Assembly: GCA_017609645.1 (NCBI GenBank)
Contig: JAFCDQ010000002.1
Location: forward strand, 145,470-209,469
DNA from: Candidatus Woesearchaeota archaeon
GTDB taxonomy: Archaea > Nanobdellota > Nanobdellia > Woesearchaeales > ARS49
Reading direction: 5' to 3'
Length of the DNA stretch: 64,000 nt
Made by a program: the position numbers and the translations under genes. The notes beneath the pieces are model-generated. The model was not told the origin of the DNA. It was given only the letters and a program-made list of their open reading frames with translations, and made no database searches. Below, piece after piece: positions 48,701 to 57,974 of the stretch; the stretch's first letter is position 1; every line of letters starts with the position of its first letter.

Positions 48701-48740
48701 GACATTAAACTTCAAAATAAAAATTGAGAAAATACTTTAA
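45714..48740 (+). CDS. aglB: oligosaccharyltransferase AglB (STT3) with C-terminal FKBP domain
   Basis: DIDPYY, DTD, TVAE, WWDYG; C-terminal YIGWLENGTIFDSS...GQLIKGFDEALIGM...PPEKAYG. Confidence 0.94.
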   Translation: MDDTPEEPKKESEKIEIDWKEKYLKAKKFSVKYGILLVLLLVIILQVMPNSEGKLPWGGLQMRMLTKELPSTDKWAKSNVEEFYKNEIKKVVAKEYPNLPDINKKEVLTDKWAEFQKNNKEEIQKQTEATKKELLKHFQYTYEGKQYLYLPDIDPYYYFRKTRNLIETGTPCDEVKDGIPWDNHMAAPFGQACGGNSHAYVLFGIYKINKLFDSKIDLLQSAAKFSPIIIFLSIILAYFIGLKLAGKTAGFFSALMIGILPSIFTRTPWGHADTDAYNTFFPLLALFTLFMALDAKKIKNKIIWAIITGLVFVAYSYFWSGWWFMFDVILGGLGVWIIVEIIKAYKKKNYKNLPKIIAPVASFFLTTLIIMSLLKGINYFFGFITNPLSRTAMKDAAKSTLWPNVFTTVAELNKGSWSKIIASMGGNLLFLIALIGVVLALWLKDEKGQRNLKLAAILTFWFIFSIYASFKGVRFMLLLAPAFAIAFGVGAGLITKKLSEFGQNNLGISKKIGAIILILLFGVMIATSGIAKKSYKSSVNDIPIVNDAWYNSLNYIKENSQKDAIINSWWDYGHHFKYFADRAVTFDGASQNTPMAHWIGRVLVTEEEDEAIGILRMLDCGSNKAFEIIDEQFNDAPKSVSILYKIFKLDKEEAKQVLEDEGVDAEEVTKYTHCEAPENFFITSGDMLGKAGVWAHFGLWDFMKADMWMNMRKLSKLDFEKKVMEKYQLTEKEAETYYNKLQSVTDEKEANNWISPWPGFPTRPASCSREENELSCGSGLKIDLNKNEASVETAQGKGIPHSLIYFDANKEMVEIKQEKSNMDLSVILIPKSNLNYNAILLSKELARSMFTRLYFLEGHGLKHFEKVYSDRELTQGDLYVWKVDWQGQQNNLLSIMKPKTEVKKGNKIAINYIGWLENGTIFDSSIIDWKEKDITTDANFDAYETKPLTLPAGTGQLIKGFDEALIGMKPGEEKTVNIPPEKAYGTDPDAHFLGNKTLNFKIKIEKIL

Positions 48741-48749
48741 TCATGAAAC

Positions 48750-49892
48750 ATGAAAATCTGTTTTATAAATCCAACAATATTAATTAAAAGGCCTATTTCT
48801 GAAATAATTAATACACTAGAAGAAAAAGAAGGTATAGACGAAATAGGACTGCTTTGCCCAACAAAAATAGGCAAAAAAATAGACAAATCATTATATCATA
48901 CTGAATTATTAAAAAAAGTAAAAATATATACTTATCCAACATTTCAACTACCCTTCGTAAAATCAGAATGGCCAATGCCGCTGCCATCATTTTTCTTCAA
49001 AACATTCAAAATATTCAAAAAATATGATATCATTCATATGTGGGTTTATTTTTATTTAAGCAGTTTCTGGATAACATTTACAAAATTATTCTTTCCAAAG
49101 AAAAAATTGATATTGACTATGGACACTGTACCAGGAGAATCATTCAAGACAGGGAAACTAATGGATGCCTGCTTTAGACTATATCACAAATTATTCGGCT
49201 GGTTTATTTTTGGAGTGCCAAAAAAAATAACATTATACGGCAAGTCATTAATTCCTTTTGCAAAAAAAGCAGGAATAAAAGAAAAAAAGATTGAAGTTAT
49301 TCCCACAGGAATTAATAATGAGAAATTTGACGGGGAATATATCAATTTAAGAAATGAATTCCACATTAAAGACGATGAAAAAATGATACTATTCATCGGA
49401 TTAATGCTAAAAAGAAAAGGAATAGATATAATATTAAAAACATTAAACAAACTAAAAGAAGAAAAATTCAAAATGATCTTTGTAGGAGGCGGGCCTGAAA
49501 AAAAAGAATTTGAAAACCTGGCTCAAAAACTTGGCTTGGGAGAAAAAGTAATATTTACAGGTGTCAGAAAAGATGTAAAAGACTTATGCAGAACAGCAGA
49601 TATCTTTTTCCTGCCTTCACGAGGAGAAGGTTTGCCTGGAGTTGTAATGGAAGCAATGAGCTGCAGTCTTCCCCTATTAAGCTCAAAAATACCCTGCACA
49701 ACCGATCTTGTAAAAGACACAGAGAATGGATATTTATGTGAAATCGAAGATATTGACTGTTATTCTCAAAAATTAAAAGAACTTCTTCAAATCAAAGAAT
49801 TAAGAGAAAAAATGGGTCTAAAATCCAAAGAATTAATAAAGAACTTCTCATGGGACAAAAGCATTAAGCGCTTTGAGGAAATATATAAATGA
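48750..49892 (+). CDS. GT4 glycosyltransferase
   Basis: RKG, PSRGEGLPGVVMEA (EX7E). Confidence 0.92.
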   Translation: MKICFINPTILIKRPISEIINTLEEKEGIDEIGLLCPTKIGKKIDKSLYHTELLKKVKIYTYPTFQLPFVKSEWPMPLPSFFFKTFKIFKKYDIIHMWVYFYLSSFWITFTKLFFPKKKLILTMDTVPGESFKTGKLMDACFRLYHKLFGWFIFGVPKKITLYGKSLIPFAKKAGIKEKKIEVIPTGINNEKFDGEYINLRNEFHIKDDEKMILFIGLMLKRKGIDIILKTLNKLKEEKFKMIFVGGGPEKKEFENLAQKLGLGEKVIFTGVRKDVKDLCRTADIFFLPSRGEGLPGVVMEAMSCSLPLLSSKIPCTTDLVKDTENGYLCEIEDIDCYSQKLKELLQIKELREKMGLKSKELIKNFSWDKSIKRFEEIYK

Positions 49893-50977
49893 AAATAGCT
49901 CACTTAATTACGGGCTTAGGAATGGGGGGAGCAGAAAGAATGCTTCTAAAGACCCTTCCAAGACTTAAAAACGAAAACTTCATAATTAGTTTAACAAGCA
50001 ATGATGCTTTTGGTAAAAGGATAGAAGAAGCAGGAATAAAAGTATATTATCTAGGTTTAAAAAAACTCAACCTACTATCTGCCATACTTAGATTCAGAAA
50101 AATACTAAAAAAAGAAAAACCAAACTTACTAAACTGTTATTTAATACACTCAAATATCTTTGGCAGAATATTTGGCAAACTATTTAGCGTGAAAAAAATC
50201 ATCTGTTCTGTCAGAAACAAGCACATAAACAGGCGATTTCTCAACTTTCTTGACAGAAGAACATCTTTTTTAGTTGATTTATATACTCCAAATTCTTATG
50301 TATTGGTGCCTTTTTTAACAGAACATCAAAAAATCAAAGAAAAAAAAATCAAAGTTATTGAAAATGGAATAGAATTAGAGAAATTTGATTTTGATATAGA
50401 TAAAGAAAAAAAGAAAAAAGAATTAGGAATAGAAAAAGAATTTGTAGTCAGCTGTATCGCAAAATTAGAAAAACAAAAAGGGTATCTAACTCTGATAAAA
50501 GCAATAAAAGAACTGAGTAATCCAGATTTTTTATTTTTGTTCATAGGAGACGGCAAAGAGAGAAAAGAATTAGAAGAACTGAGTGAAAAATTAGGTGTTA
50601 AAGATAAAATAAGATTTCTTGGCTGGAGAAGTGACACAAAGGAATTGCTTAGGATAACAGATTTATTTATTCTGCCAAGCTTTCATGAAGGAATGAGCAA
50701 CTCGCTTCTAGAAGCAATGATTTCAAAAGTCTGCTGTCTTGTCTCAGATATAGACGAGAATAAAGAATTAATAAAAAACGAAGAAAACGGACTAACATTT
50801 ATCACAGGCGACCATAAAGATTTAGCTGAAAAAATTTCATATTTACACAAAAATGAAAAATTAAGAAAAAAATATGCAGAAAAAGCTGAAGAAACAGTAA
50901 AGAAAAGATTTGATATAAACAAAACTGTGGAAAAATACACAGAAGTTATGGAAAATGTGTGGAATTCTAGGATTTAA
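49889..50977 (+). CDS. GT4 glycosyltransferase
   Basis: GGAE, QKG, PSFHEGMSNSLLEA. Confidence 0.92.
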   Translation: MKIAHLITGLGMGGAERMLLKTLPRLKNENFIISLTSNDAFGKRIEEAGIKVYYLGLKKLNLLSAILRFRKILKKEKPNLLNCYLIHSNIFGRIFGKLFSVKKIICSVRNKHINRRFLNFLDRRTSFLVDLYTPNSYVLVPFLTEHQKIKEKKIKVIENGIELEKFDFDIDKEKKKKELGIEKEFVVSCIAKLEKQKGYLTLIKAIKELSNPDFLFLFIGDGKERKELEELSEKLGVKDKIRFLGWRSDTKELLRITDLFILPSFHEGMSNSLLEAMISKVCCLVSDIDENKELIKNEENGLTFITGDHKDLAEKISYLHKNEKLRKKYAEKAEETVKKRFDINKTVEKYTEVMENVWNSRI

Positions 50978-50978
50978 T
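50955..50978 (+). pseudogene. 5' stub of an asnB gene (MCGILGFN)
   Basis: ATGTGTGGAATTCTAGGATTTAAT overlaps the GT4 stop; matches the AsnB starts MCGICGFN and MCGIIGFN; frame stops 9 codons later. Confidence 0.75.
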
Positions 50979-51021
50979 CGTATTTTATTTTTGAAAATCC
51001 TTTAATAATGCGCTATGCAAA

Positions 51022-52524
51022 TTATTTTAGCATTTTTTGTTTCATTATTTTTTTTACATTCTCGGTTTTGATAAAAATTTTCTTCATTTTTTCATAAAGT
51101 TTAATATCAAAATTAAATTTGTAAAAATTCAACGCCATTCTTAATTTAAACAAATTCTTAAAAGAAATGCCAAGAAAGTATGCTAAAAAACCTCTTGGTT
51201 TAATTTGAGAATAGGTATAGTATTTATATACATTTTTTAATTCATTTCTATTTGAAATCCAAGGCAAAATTCTGATATCTATAAAGCCGGTTTCATTCAA
51301 AAATTGAATCCAAGATTGGGTATCTTGCGGCTCTTTAAATCCTAGTTGTTTAGCCATCGCATACATCTCAGCTCCAGGATAAGGCCTATACAATTGGGGG
51401 CCAATAACCCTCACATTCTTATACTGCTTTAAAATTTGTTTTATTAACTTTAAAGTTTCCTTCTGTTCTTTTATTTTTTCATTAGGCATCCCTATCATAA
51501 AAGAACAGGCAGCATTTATTTTGAATTTATGCAATCTTTCCAGAACTGGCAAAACATCTTCTTTCTTTATACCTTTATTTATTATTTTATCTAAAACATT
51601 TTGACTGCCTGATTCAATCCCCATTCTTACTTCTAAACATCCGCAATCTCTTAAAAGCACTAATAGATTATCATCAATATGATTTGGCGTAAGGTAATTT
51701 AATCTTGCATTTGCAATCCACAAAAAATTAAACTTTTCTTTTTGATACACTTCGCAAAATTTTTTTACTCGGTCTATATCTATAAAAAAATTTTCATCAA
51801 CAAAATCAACACACTCTAACTTAACTTTATTTAAAATATTTTTGATTTCTCTAGTGATGTTTTCTTCAGATATGCCTCTCCATTTTCTTTTATTTAACAA
51901 AGTATTAATGCAAAACGTACAAGAATAAGGGCAGCCTCTTCCTACATGAATAGGAAAAGTCTTGATAAATTTTTTCCCAACTTGAGTTAGATCATCATAA
52001 TTATTTAAGTTGACTAAGTCCCAATTAGAAGAAACTTCATTGATATCAATATATTCTCTTTGTGAATTTCTAATGATTTTGCCATTCTCATCTTTAAAAT
52101 AAATTCCCCTAATTTGCTCTATTTTTGAAGAATGGTCTGCGAGATATTTTGCTATTTCAAATAAGGTTTCCTCCCCTTCATCATAAGCGACAAAATCCAC
52201 ACAATCTTCTTTTAAGCACTGTTCAGCAAATAAAGTAGGGTGAATTCCCCCCCAAATAACAGGAATACCTTTCTTATGAACTATTTTTGATAATTCATAA
52301 GCACTTTTGATTTGGCTGGTCATTACTGTAAACCCTACTAAAAAACTTTTTTTCAGAATCTCATCAATATTTTTTGAGGCTTCATTAAGTTGTTCGTCAT
52401 AAATTTTAACATTAAAATTTTTTTTTGCTAAATAAGAAGCTATACATAATATGCCCATGAATAAGTGCGGTTTTTCAATATTCTGATCTGCCGGGACTAT
52501 CAAAGATATTTGTTTATTTTCCAT
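51022..52524 (-). CDS. B12-binding radical SAM protein
   Basis: WGGIHPT, RGCPYSCTFC, DENF, GIESGS, PYPG. Confidence 0.92.
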   Translation of the reverse strand: MENKQISLIVPADQNIEKPHLFMGILCIASYLAKKNFNVKIYDEQLNEASKNIDEILKKSFLVGFTVMTSQIKSAYELSKIVHKKGIPVIWGGIHPTLFAEQCLKEDCVDFVAYDEGEETLFEIAKYLADHSSKIEQIRGIYFKDENGKIIRNSQREYIDINEVSSNWDLVNLNNYDDLTQVGKKFIKTFPIHVGRGCPYSCTFCINTLLNKRKWRGISEENITREIKNILNKVKLECVDFVDENFFIDIDRVKKFCEVYQKEKFNFLWIANARLNYLTPNHIDDNLLVLLRDCGCLEVRMGIESGSQNVLDKIINKGIKKEDVLPVLERLHKFKINAACSFMIGMPNEKIKEQKETLKLIKQILKQYKNVRVIGPQLYRPYPGAEMYAMAKQLGFKEPQDTQSWIQFLNETGFIDIRILPWISNRNELKNVYKYYTYSQIKPRGFLAYFLGISFKNLFKLRMALNFYKFNFDIKLYEKMKKIFIKTENVKKIMKQKMLK

Positions 52525-52713
52525 TTTTTAAAATTAATGACCTTAAAATGTTTAAATTTCTTAACACATATAAAAAATCTTCTAAATGAAAGAAAGAAAG
52601 TCTCTAGATTATTAATTCATTAGTTTTATAAATAAAAACTAATGAAAATGGATATGCGTATTTAAAAAATAAGGTCAATACATCCTAAACCAGGCATTCT
52701 TTGCCATACTACC

Positions 52714-53436
52714 ATGAAAAAAAAATATAAAGGTCTAGAAATTTGTGCGGTCAAAGGTCTGCACGAAAAAGTATTAAAAACAATTTTAAAAAGAAATATA
52801 AAAAAAGAATCCAAAATTCTTGTTCTTGGTTCGGGAACAGGAAGTTTTGACAAAAGATTGGCTGACTCTGGATTTAATAACATAATCTCTTCAGACATTA
52901 ATCAAGAGAACTATACATATTCAAATGAAAACATAAAATTTATGCCTTTAGATTTAAATTCTGATTTCTCTGCAAAAATAAATCAAGATTTTGATTTAAT
53001 AATTGCTACAGAACTAATAGAACATTTAAGTTCTCCAAATAAGTTTATTAAAGAATGCAAAAATCTATTGAATAAAAAAGGCGTTCTTATTATTTCAACT
53101 CCAAATTTACATAATTTACAATCAAGAATTAATTTTTTATTATTTGGTTACCCTAGTTATTTTATAACAAAACCTGAAAAATACGGCCATATTTCCCCCA
53201 TTTTTGATAATATTTTCTTTTATATTTTAGAAAAACATAATCTAAAATTAGAAAAAAGAATTCCAAGTTCAAATTATTTTAAAAATTTTGAATTTTATAC
53301 AAAAAAAAGCTATTTTTATTTTTTAACACAACTTTTCTTAAATATCTTCTTTTTTCCATTAATGTTATTTAATAAAAAATTATTAAAAGGCACCAATGCC
53401 ATATATTTAATCAGTCATGCGGATTATAAAAAATGA
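52714..53436 (+). CDS. class I SAM-dependent methyltransferase
   Basis: LGSGTG, DLN, ELIEHL, STPN. Confidence 0.88.
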   Translation: MKKKYKGLEICAVKGLHEKVLKTILKRNIKKESKILVLGSGTGSFDKRLADSGFNNIISSDINQENYTYSNENIKFMPLDLNSDFSAKINQDFDLIIATELIEHLSSPNKFIKECKNLLNKKGVLIISTPNLHNLQSRINFLLFGYPSYFITKPEKYGHISPIFDNIFFYILEKHNLKLEKRIPSSNYFKNFEFYTKKSYFYFLTQLFLNIFFFPLMLFNKKLLKGTNAIYLISHADYKK

Positions 53437-54215
53437 AAGGACACCAACATTTAAAATATGAAGAATTAATCATGCTCACAACACAGGGTGTCCACGAGAA
53501 AGTTTTTGAAATCATTCGCAATAAAAAAATTCAAAAACAAGCAGCAATTTTAGATTTAGGCGCAGGCACCGGAAGCTTTGATAAAAGGCTGATTGATAAT
53601 GGATTTAAAGAAATAACGGCAGTTGATATAGTTGCAAATAATTATAAGTACAAAAATAAATTTGTAAAATTTCTCTGTTTAGACCTAAATGCCAACTTCT
53701 CTGCAAAAATAAACAAAAAATTTGACTTAATAATCGCGACAGATGTTATCGAACATTTAGCTTCTCCCCACAACTTCATTAAAGAGTGTAAAAATCTATT
53801 AAAAAAAGAAGGCACATTAATTATAAATACACCAAATTTACATAATTTACAATCAAGAATTAATTTTTTAATTTGGGGCTATCCAAGTTATTTTATAGTA
53901 AAACCACAGAAAGCAGGGATCCACCACCACTCAGAAGAATGGAAAGAAGAATTTTCACACATATCTCCAGTATTTGACAATATACTTATGTGTTTATTAA
54001 ATGAAAATAATTTAGAACTAGAAAAAAGAATGCCTTGTTCAAGTTATACTAAACACTTTAAATTTTACACAAAAAAAAGTTATTTTTATTTTTTGATAAT
54101 TAGTTTACTTAGAGTCCTGCTTGTTCCAATGATGATGTTTAATAGAAAATTATTAAAAGGGACAGAGGTAATATATGTAATTCAAAATAAAGAAAATTCA
54201 AGATGTGCGGAATAA
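53433..54215 (+). CDS. class I SAM-dependent methyltransferase, tandem paralog of 52714..53436
   Basis: DLGAGTG, DVIEHL; TPNLHNLQSRINFL shared with the neighbour. Confidence 0.88.
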   Translation: MKGHQHLKYEELIMLTTQGVHEKVFEIIRNKKIQKQAAILDLGAGTGSFDKRLIDNGFKEITAVDIVANNYKYKNKFVKFLCLDLNANFSAKINKKFDLIIATDVIEHLASPHNFIKECKNLLKKEGTLIINTPNLHNLQSRINFLIWGYPSYFIVKPQKAGIHHHSEEWKEEFSHISPVFDNILMCLLNENNLELEKRMPCSSYTKHFKFYTKKSYFYFLIISLLRVLLVPMMMFNRKLLKGTEVIYVIQNKENSRCAE

Positions 54216-56023
54216 TTGGATTCAATTGGAATGATTTGCTACGAGTAAAAAAACTTGCTGCTTTAGTAAATCACAGAGGTCCTGATCAAGAGGGAGCATA
54301 TACGGATAAAAATGTTTCTCTAGGCCATAAAAGATTAAGCATTATAGATTTATCTGAAAAAGGAAAGCAACCCATGAGCAGCAGTGACCAAACTATATGG
54401 ATAACTTATAATGGAGAAATATTCAATTTTCAAGAAATAAAAAAAGAACTAATTTCCAAAGGATATAAATTCAAATCGAAGACAGATACAGAAGTTATAA
54501 TTGAGGGATATAAAGAGTATGGAACAAAAATATTAGATAAATTAAACGGACAATTTGCTTTTTGTATATACGATAAAAAAAAAGAACAATTATTTCTTGC
54601 GAGAGACCGCATTGGAATAAATCCTCTTTATTATTATTTTGATGGAAATAAATTTATTTTTGGATCAGAATTAAAAATAATTATGGGTGCAGGCATTAAA
54701 AAAGAAATTAATAGATTTGCACTTAATTATTATTTAATGTACGGCCACACCCCAAGAAAACAGAGTATTCTAGAAAATACATATAAACTAGAACCGGGTC
54801 ATTTTATGATTTTTGATTTAAAAAATAAAAAAATAAAAAAATACACGAAATATTGGGGCATACATTTAACAGATGAAATTAAAGATGAAAAACTTGCAAA
54901 AAAAATAATTCTGGAAAAACTAGATGAATCAGTAAAAAAAAGATTAATTGCAGATGTTCCTGTAGGCGCATTCTTATCAGGAGGACTTGACAGTAGCGCA
55001 GTTGTTGCATTAATGAGCAAATACACAAAAAATCTCAATACTTTCTCTATAAAATTTGATTATCAAGATTTTGATGAATCAAAATATGCAGAAATTGTAT
55101 CAAAAAAATTTGAAACAAAACATCATGTAATCAAATTTTCAGCAAAAGATGTTAAAGAATTGCTTCCAAAACTAGTTTACCATTATGACGAACCATTCGG
55201 TGATCCTTCAATGATACCAACATATCTAGTATCAAAAGTAGCAAAACAGCATGTTACTGTATCATTATCAGGAGATGGGGGAGATGAGTTATTTGGAGGG
55301 TATAATTCTTACAAACATTTCAGACTGTTAAACTTCCAGAAATATTATCCTGCCTTCATTAACAAAATACTATATAAATTATTTAAACCAATCAAAAATC
55401 ATTTTTTTGTAAAGCCTCGGGCATTTTGGGAATTAGGAACGCTACCAAAAAAACATAAATTTGCACGACTAATGAGCTATTTAAGTATGGATGAATTTAA
55501 ACAAATCACTGGAGAAGACCCAATAAAATATTATGAGGCATATGGAGGAGCTTATTTTAGAAAAAATTATCTAGACAATGCACAAACAATAGATATTCAT
55601 ACTTACTTACCAGATAATAATCAAACAAAAGTTGACAGATCTTCTATGGCAAATAGCCTAGAAACGAGACCTCCTATTTTAGATCATGAACTAATAGAAA
55701 AAGCCACAAAATTTCATCATAGTCTGCGTTTAAAAGGGCGAAATGGCAAATATATATTCAAGAAAGCTCTTGAGGGCATTTTACCAAAAAAAGTTTTATA
55801 TAGAAAAAAACAAGGATTTGGAGTTCCATTAAAATATTATTTCCGGAACGAACTGAAAGATATGGTTTATGAGTATGTGATTAATTTTACTGAGCATAAC
55901 CTATTTGACAGCAGCTTTATCAAAAAGATAATAGCTAAAAAGAAATGGGGAAGAGATTACTCTAGAATTATCTGGTCGATTTTGATTTTTAATTTATGGT
56001 GGCAGAAATGGATGAAAAATTAG
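54203..56023 (+). CDS. asnB: AsnB-family glutamine amidotransferase (copy 2)
   Basis: MCGI, HRGPD, LSGGLDSS, GDGGDE, KVDRSSM. Confidence 0.93.
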   Translation: MCGIIGFNWNDLLRVKKLAALVNHRGPDQEGAYTDKNVSLGHKRLSIIDLSEKGKQPMSSSDQTIWITYNGEIFNFQEIKKELISKGYKFKSKTDTEVIIEGYKEYGTKILDKLNGQFAFCIYDKKKEQLFLARDRIGINPLYYYFDGNKFIFGSELKIIMGAGIKKEINRFALNYYLMYGHTPRKQSILENTYKLEPGHFMIFDLKNKKIKKYTKYWGIHLTDEIKDEKLAKKIILEKLDESVKKRLIADVPVGAFLSGGLDSSAVVALMSKYTKNLNTFSIKFDYQDFDESKYAEIVSKKFETKHHVIKFSAKDVKELLPKLVYHYDEPFGDPSMIPTYLVSKVAKQHVTVSLSGDGGDELFGGYNSYKHFRLLNFQKYYPAFINKILYKLFKPIKNHFFVKPRAFWELGTLPKKHKFARLMSYLSMDEFKQITGEDPIKYYEAYGGAYFRKNYLDNAQTIDIHTYLPDNNQTKVDRSSMANSLETRPPILDHELIEKATKFHHSLRLKGRNGKYIFKKALEGILPKKVLYRKKQGFGVPLKYYFRNELKDMVYEYVINFTEHNLFDSSFIKKIIAKKKWGRDYSRIIWSILIFNLWWQKWMKN

Positions 56024-56844
56024 AATTATATGAAGATATATATAAGAAAAAATTCAGTTTTGGAAAAAATTGGCAGTTTTTTTTAAAAAAGCTGGATAAT
56101 AAAAAAATAGAATTAGCTAAAAAATCTTTAACTGATTTCACAAAATTAAAAAATTTCAAAGATAAAACTTTTATTGATATTGGCTGTGGAAGTGGACTTT
56201 TTTCTTTATGCGCTTGTCTGCTAAATGCAGAAAAAGTTATTAGCATTGATGTAGATGAAAACAGTGTTTCTTGTGCAAAATATCTAAGAAACAAATTTAA
56301 AATAAATCCTGAAATCTGGGAGATAAAAACAGGCTCTGCCCTGGATTCAGACTTTTTAAAAAATCAAGGAGAATTTGATATAGTCTATTCTTGGGGCGTT
56401 TTACACCACACAGGATATATGTGGAAAGCCTTAGAGAATGTAATTCCTCTCATAGCAAAAGATGGTTCATTATACCTAGCGATTTATAATGAGTTTAAAG
56501 GTTTTCCAAACTCTAAAACCTGGGCAAAAATAAAAAAATTCTATTCAAACCATGGAAAGATAATTAGAAAAATAATTGAAATGGGCTATATTTCCTATTA
56601 TATATTAGGCTTATTAGCGCATGGAAAAAATCCTATTAAATATATCAAAAATTATGGGCAAAAAGGTGCAAGGGGAATGAGTTTTTATAGAGATGCTGTA
56701 GATTGGCTAGGAGGTTATCCTTATGAATTTGCTTCTACCAAAGAAATAATTGATTTTTATGGGGGGAAAAATTTTAAATTGATAACTCTTAAAAAGGCAA
56801 AGAGGGAAGGTTGTAATCAATACTTATTCCAAAAAAATGATTAA
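55996..56844 (+). CDS. class I SAM-dependent methyltransferase
   Basis: FSFGKNW, DIGCGSG, SWGVLHHTG, DWLGGYPYE; start may be 56008. Confidence 0.9.
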   Translation: MVAEMDEKLELYEDIYKKKFSFGKNWQFFLKKLDNKKIELAKKSLTDFTKLKNFKDKTFIDIGCGSGLFSLCACLLNAEKVISIDVDENSVSCAKYLRNKFKINPEIWEIKTGSALDSDFLKNQGEFDIVYSWGVLHHTGYMWKALENVIPLIAKDGSLYLAIYNEFKGFPNSKTWAKIKKFYSNHGKIIRKIIEMGYISYYILGLLAHGKNPIKYIKNYGQKGARGMSFYRDAVDWLGGYPYEFASTKEIIDFYGGKNFKLITLKKAKREGCNQYLFQKND

Positions 56845-57970
56845 AAAAAAAGAAAAAATCAAAGTTATGCTGCTCATAGATAATCATAATCTAGGAGGCG
56901 CGCAAAAATTTACATTAAATCTTTGCAAATTTTTAAACAAAAATGAATTTGAAGTGCACGTAGTATTTTGGAAAGAAGGCTTTTTCACAAAAGATTTTGA
57001 AAAAATTCAAAATATTTTTTTGCACCCTCTAAATATCGCACCTGCAAGTAATGCTGGAATTTTTGAAAAAATGAAGATTTTTCTAAAACATATGGCTGAG
57101 ATTAAAAAGAAAATAAAAAACATCAGACCAAACATACTTCAAACAACATTGCCAACTTCGGATTTTTACGGGATGCTGATGAAAATTTTAAATCCTAAAA
57201 TAAAATTTATTTCTAGAAAAGCAGATACTCCTTTGGTATGGAAAAAAAAATTCTTTTTGCATCTTTTTCTTAGGTTTTATTTCAAATTCCACTCTTTTTT
57301 CGTAAATAAATTTGTTTGCATATCTTTCGCTGTCAAAGACTATATGAACAAATATGAATTTATTTCACGAAAAAAACTTAAAGTAATTCATAATGGCGTA
57401 AACCTTGCTGATTACCAAGAGAAAAATAAAAACTATAATTTAATAAATTTTGTTTATCTTGGGAGATTAGATATTAAACATAAACGACTTGATTTGATCT
57501 TAAAAGCCGCACAAATTCTTATGAAAAAATACAGAAAAAAATTTAATTTGTTTATTATTGGCGATGGAAAAGATCGAGAATTAATTGAAAAAATTTGCAG
57601 AAAGAATCCTGAACATATGAAATTTTTAGGCAAAAGAAAAAATATTAATGCCTCATTAGAAAAAAAACACATTCTTTTGTCCCCTTCCAAATGGGAAGCA
57701 TTTGGAATCGCAAATATTGAAGCAATGGCTTGCGGGCTGCCAGTAATTGCAACGAGAGTTGGAGGGCTCTCTGAAATAATTGTTGACAAAGAAACTGGCT
57801 TTTTGATAGAAAAAAATAATGCTGCATATTTGGCTGAAAAAATGGAATATTTTCTTTTAAATAAAGAAATGATTGAAAAAATGGGTAAAAAAGCAAGGGA
57901 AAGAGTTATTGAAAAATTCGACATCAGACAACAAGTTAAAGAATATGAAAATGTATATTTAAACGTTTAA
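56837..57970 (+). CDS. GT4 glycosyltransferase
   Basis: GGAQ, HNGV, PSKWEAFGIANIEA. Confidence 0.92.
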   Translation: MIKKKEKIKVMLLIDNHNLGGAQKFTLNLCKFLNKNEFEVHVVFWKEGFFTKDFEKIQNIFLHPLNIAPASNAGIFEKMKIFLKHMAEIKKKIKNIRPNILQTTLPTSDFYGMLMKILNPKIKFISRKADTPLVWKKKFFLHLFLRFYFKFHSFFVNKFVCISFAVKDYMNKYEFISRKKLKVIHNGVNLADYQEKNKNYNLINFVYLGRLDIKHKRLDLILKAAQILMKKYRKKFNLFIIGDGKDRELIEKICRKNPEHMKFLGKRKNINASLEKKHILLSPSKWEAFGIANIEAMACGLPVIATRVGGLSEIIVDKETGFLIEKNNAAYLAEKMEYFLLNKEMIEKMGKKARERVIEKFDIRQQVKEYENVYLNV

Positions 57971-57974
57971 AAAA

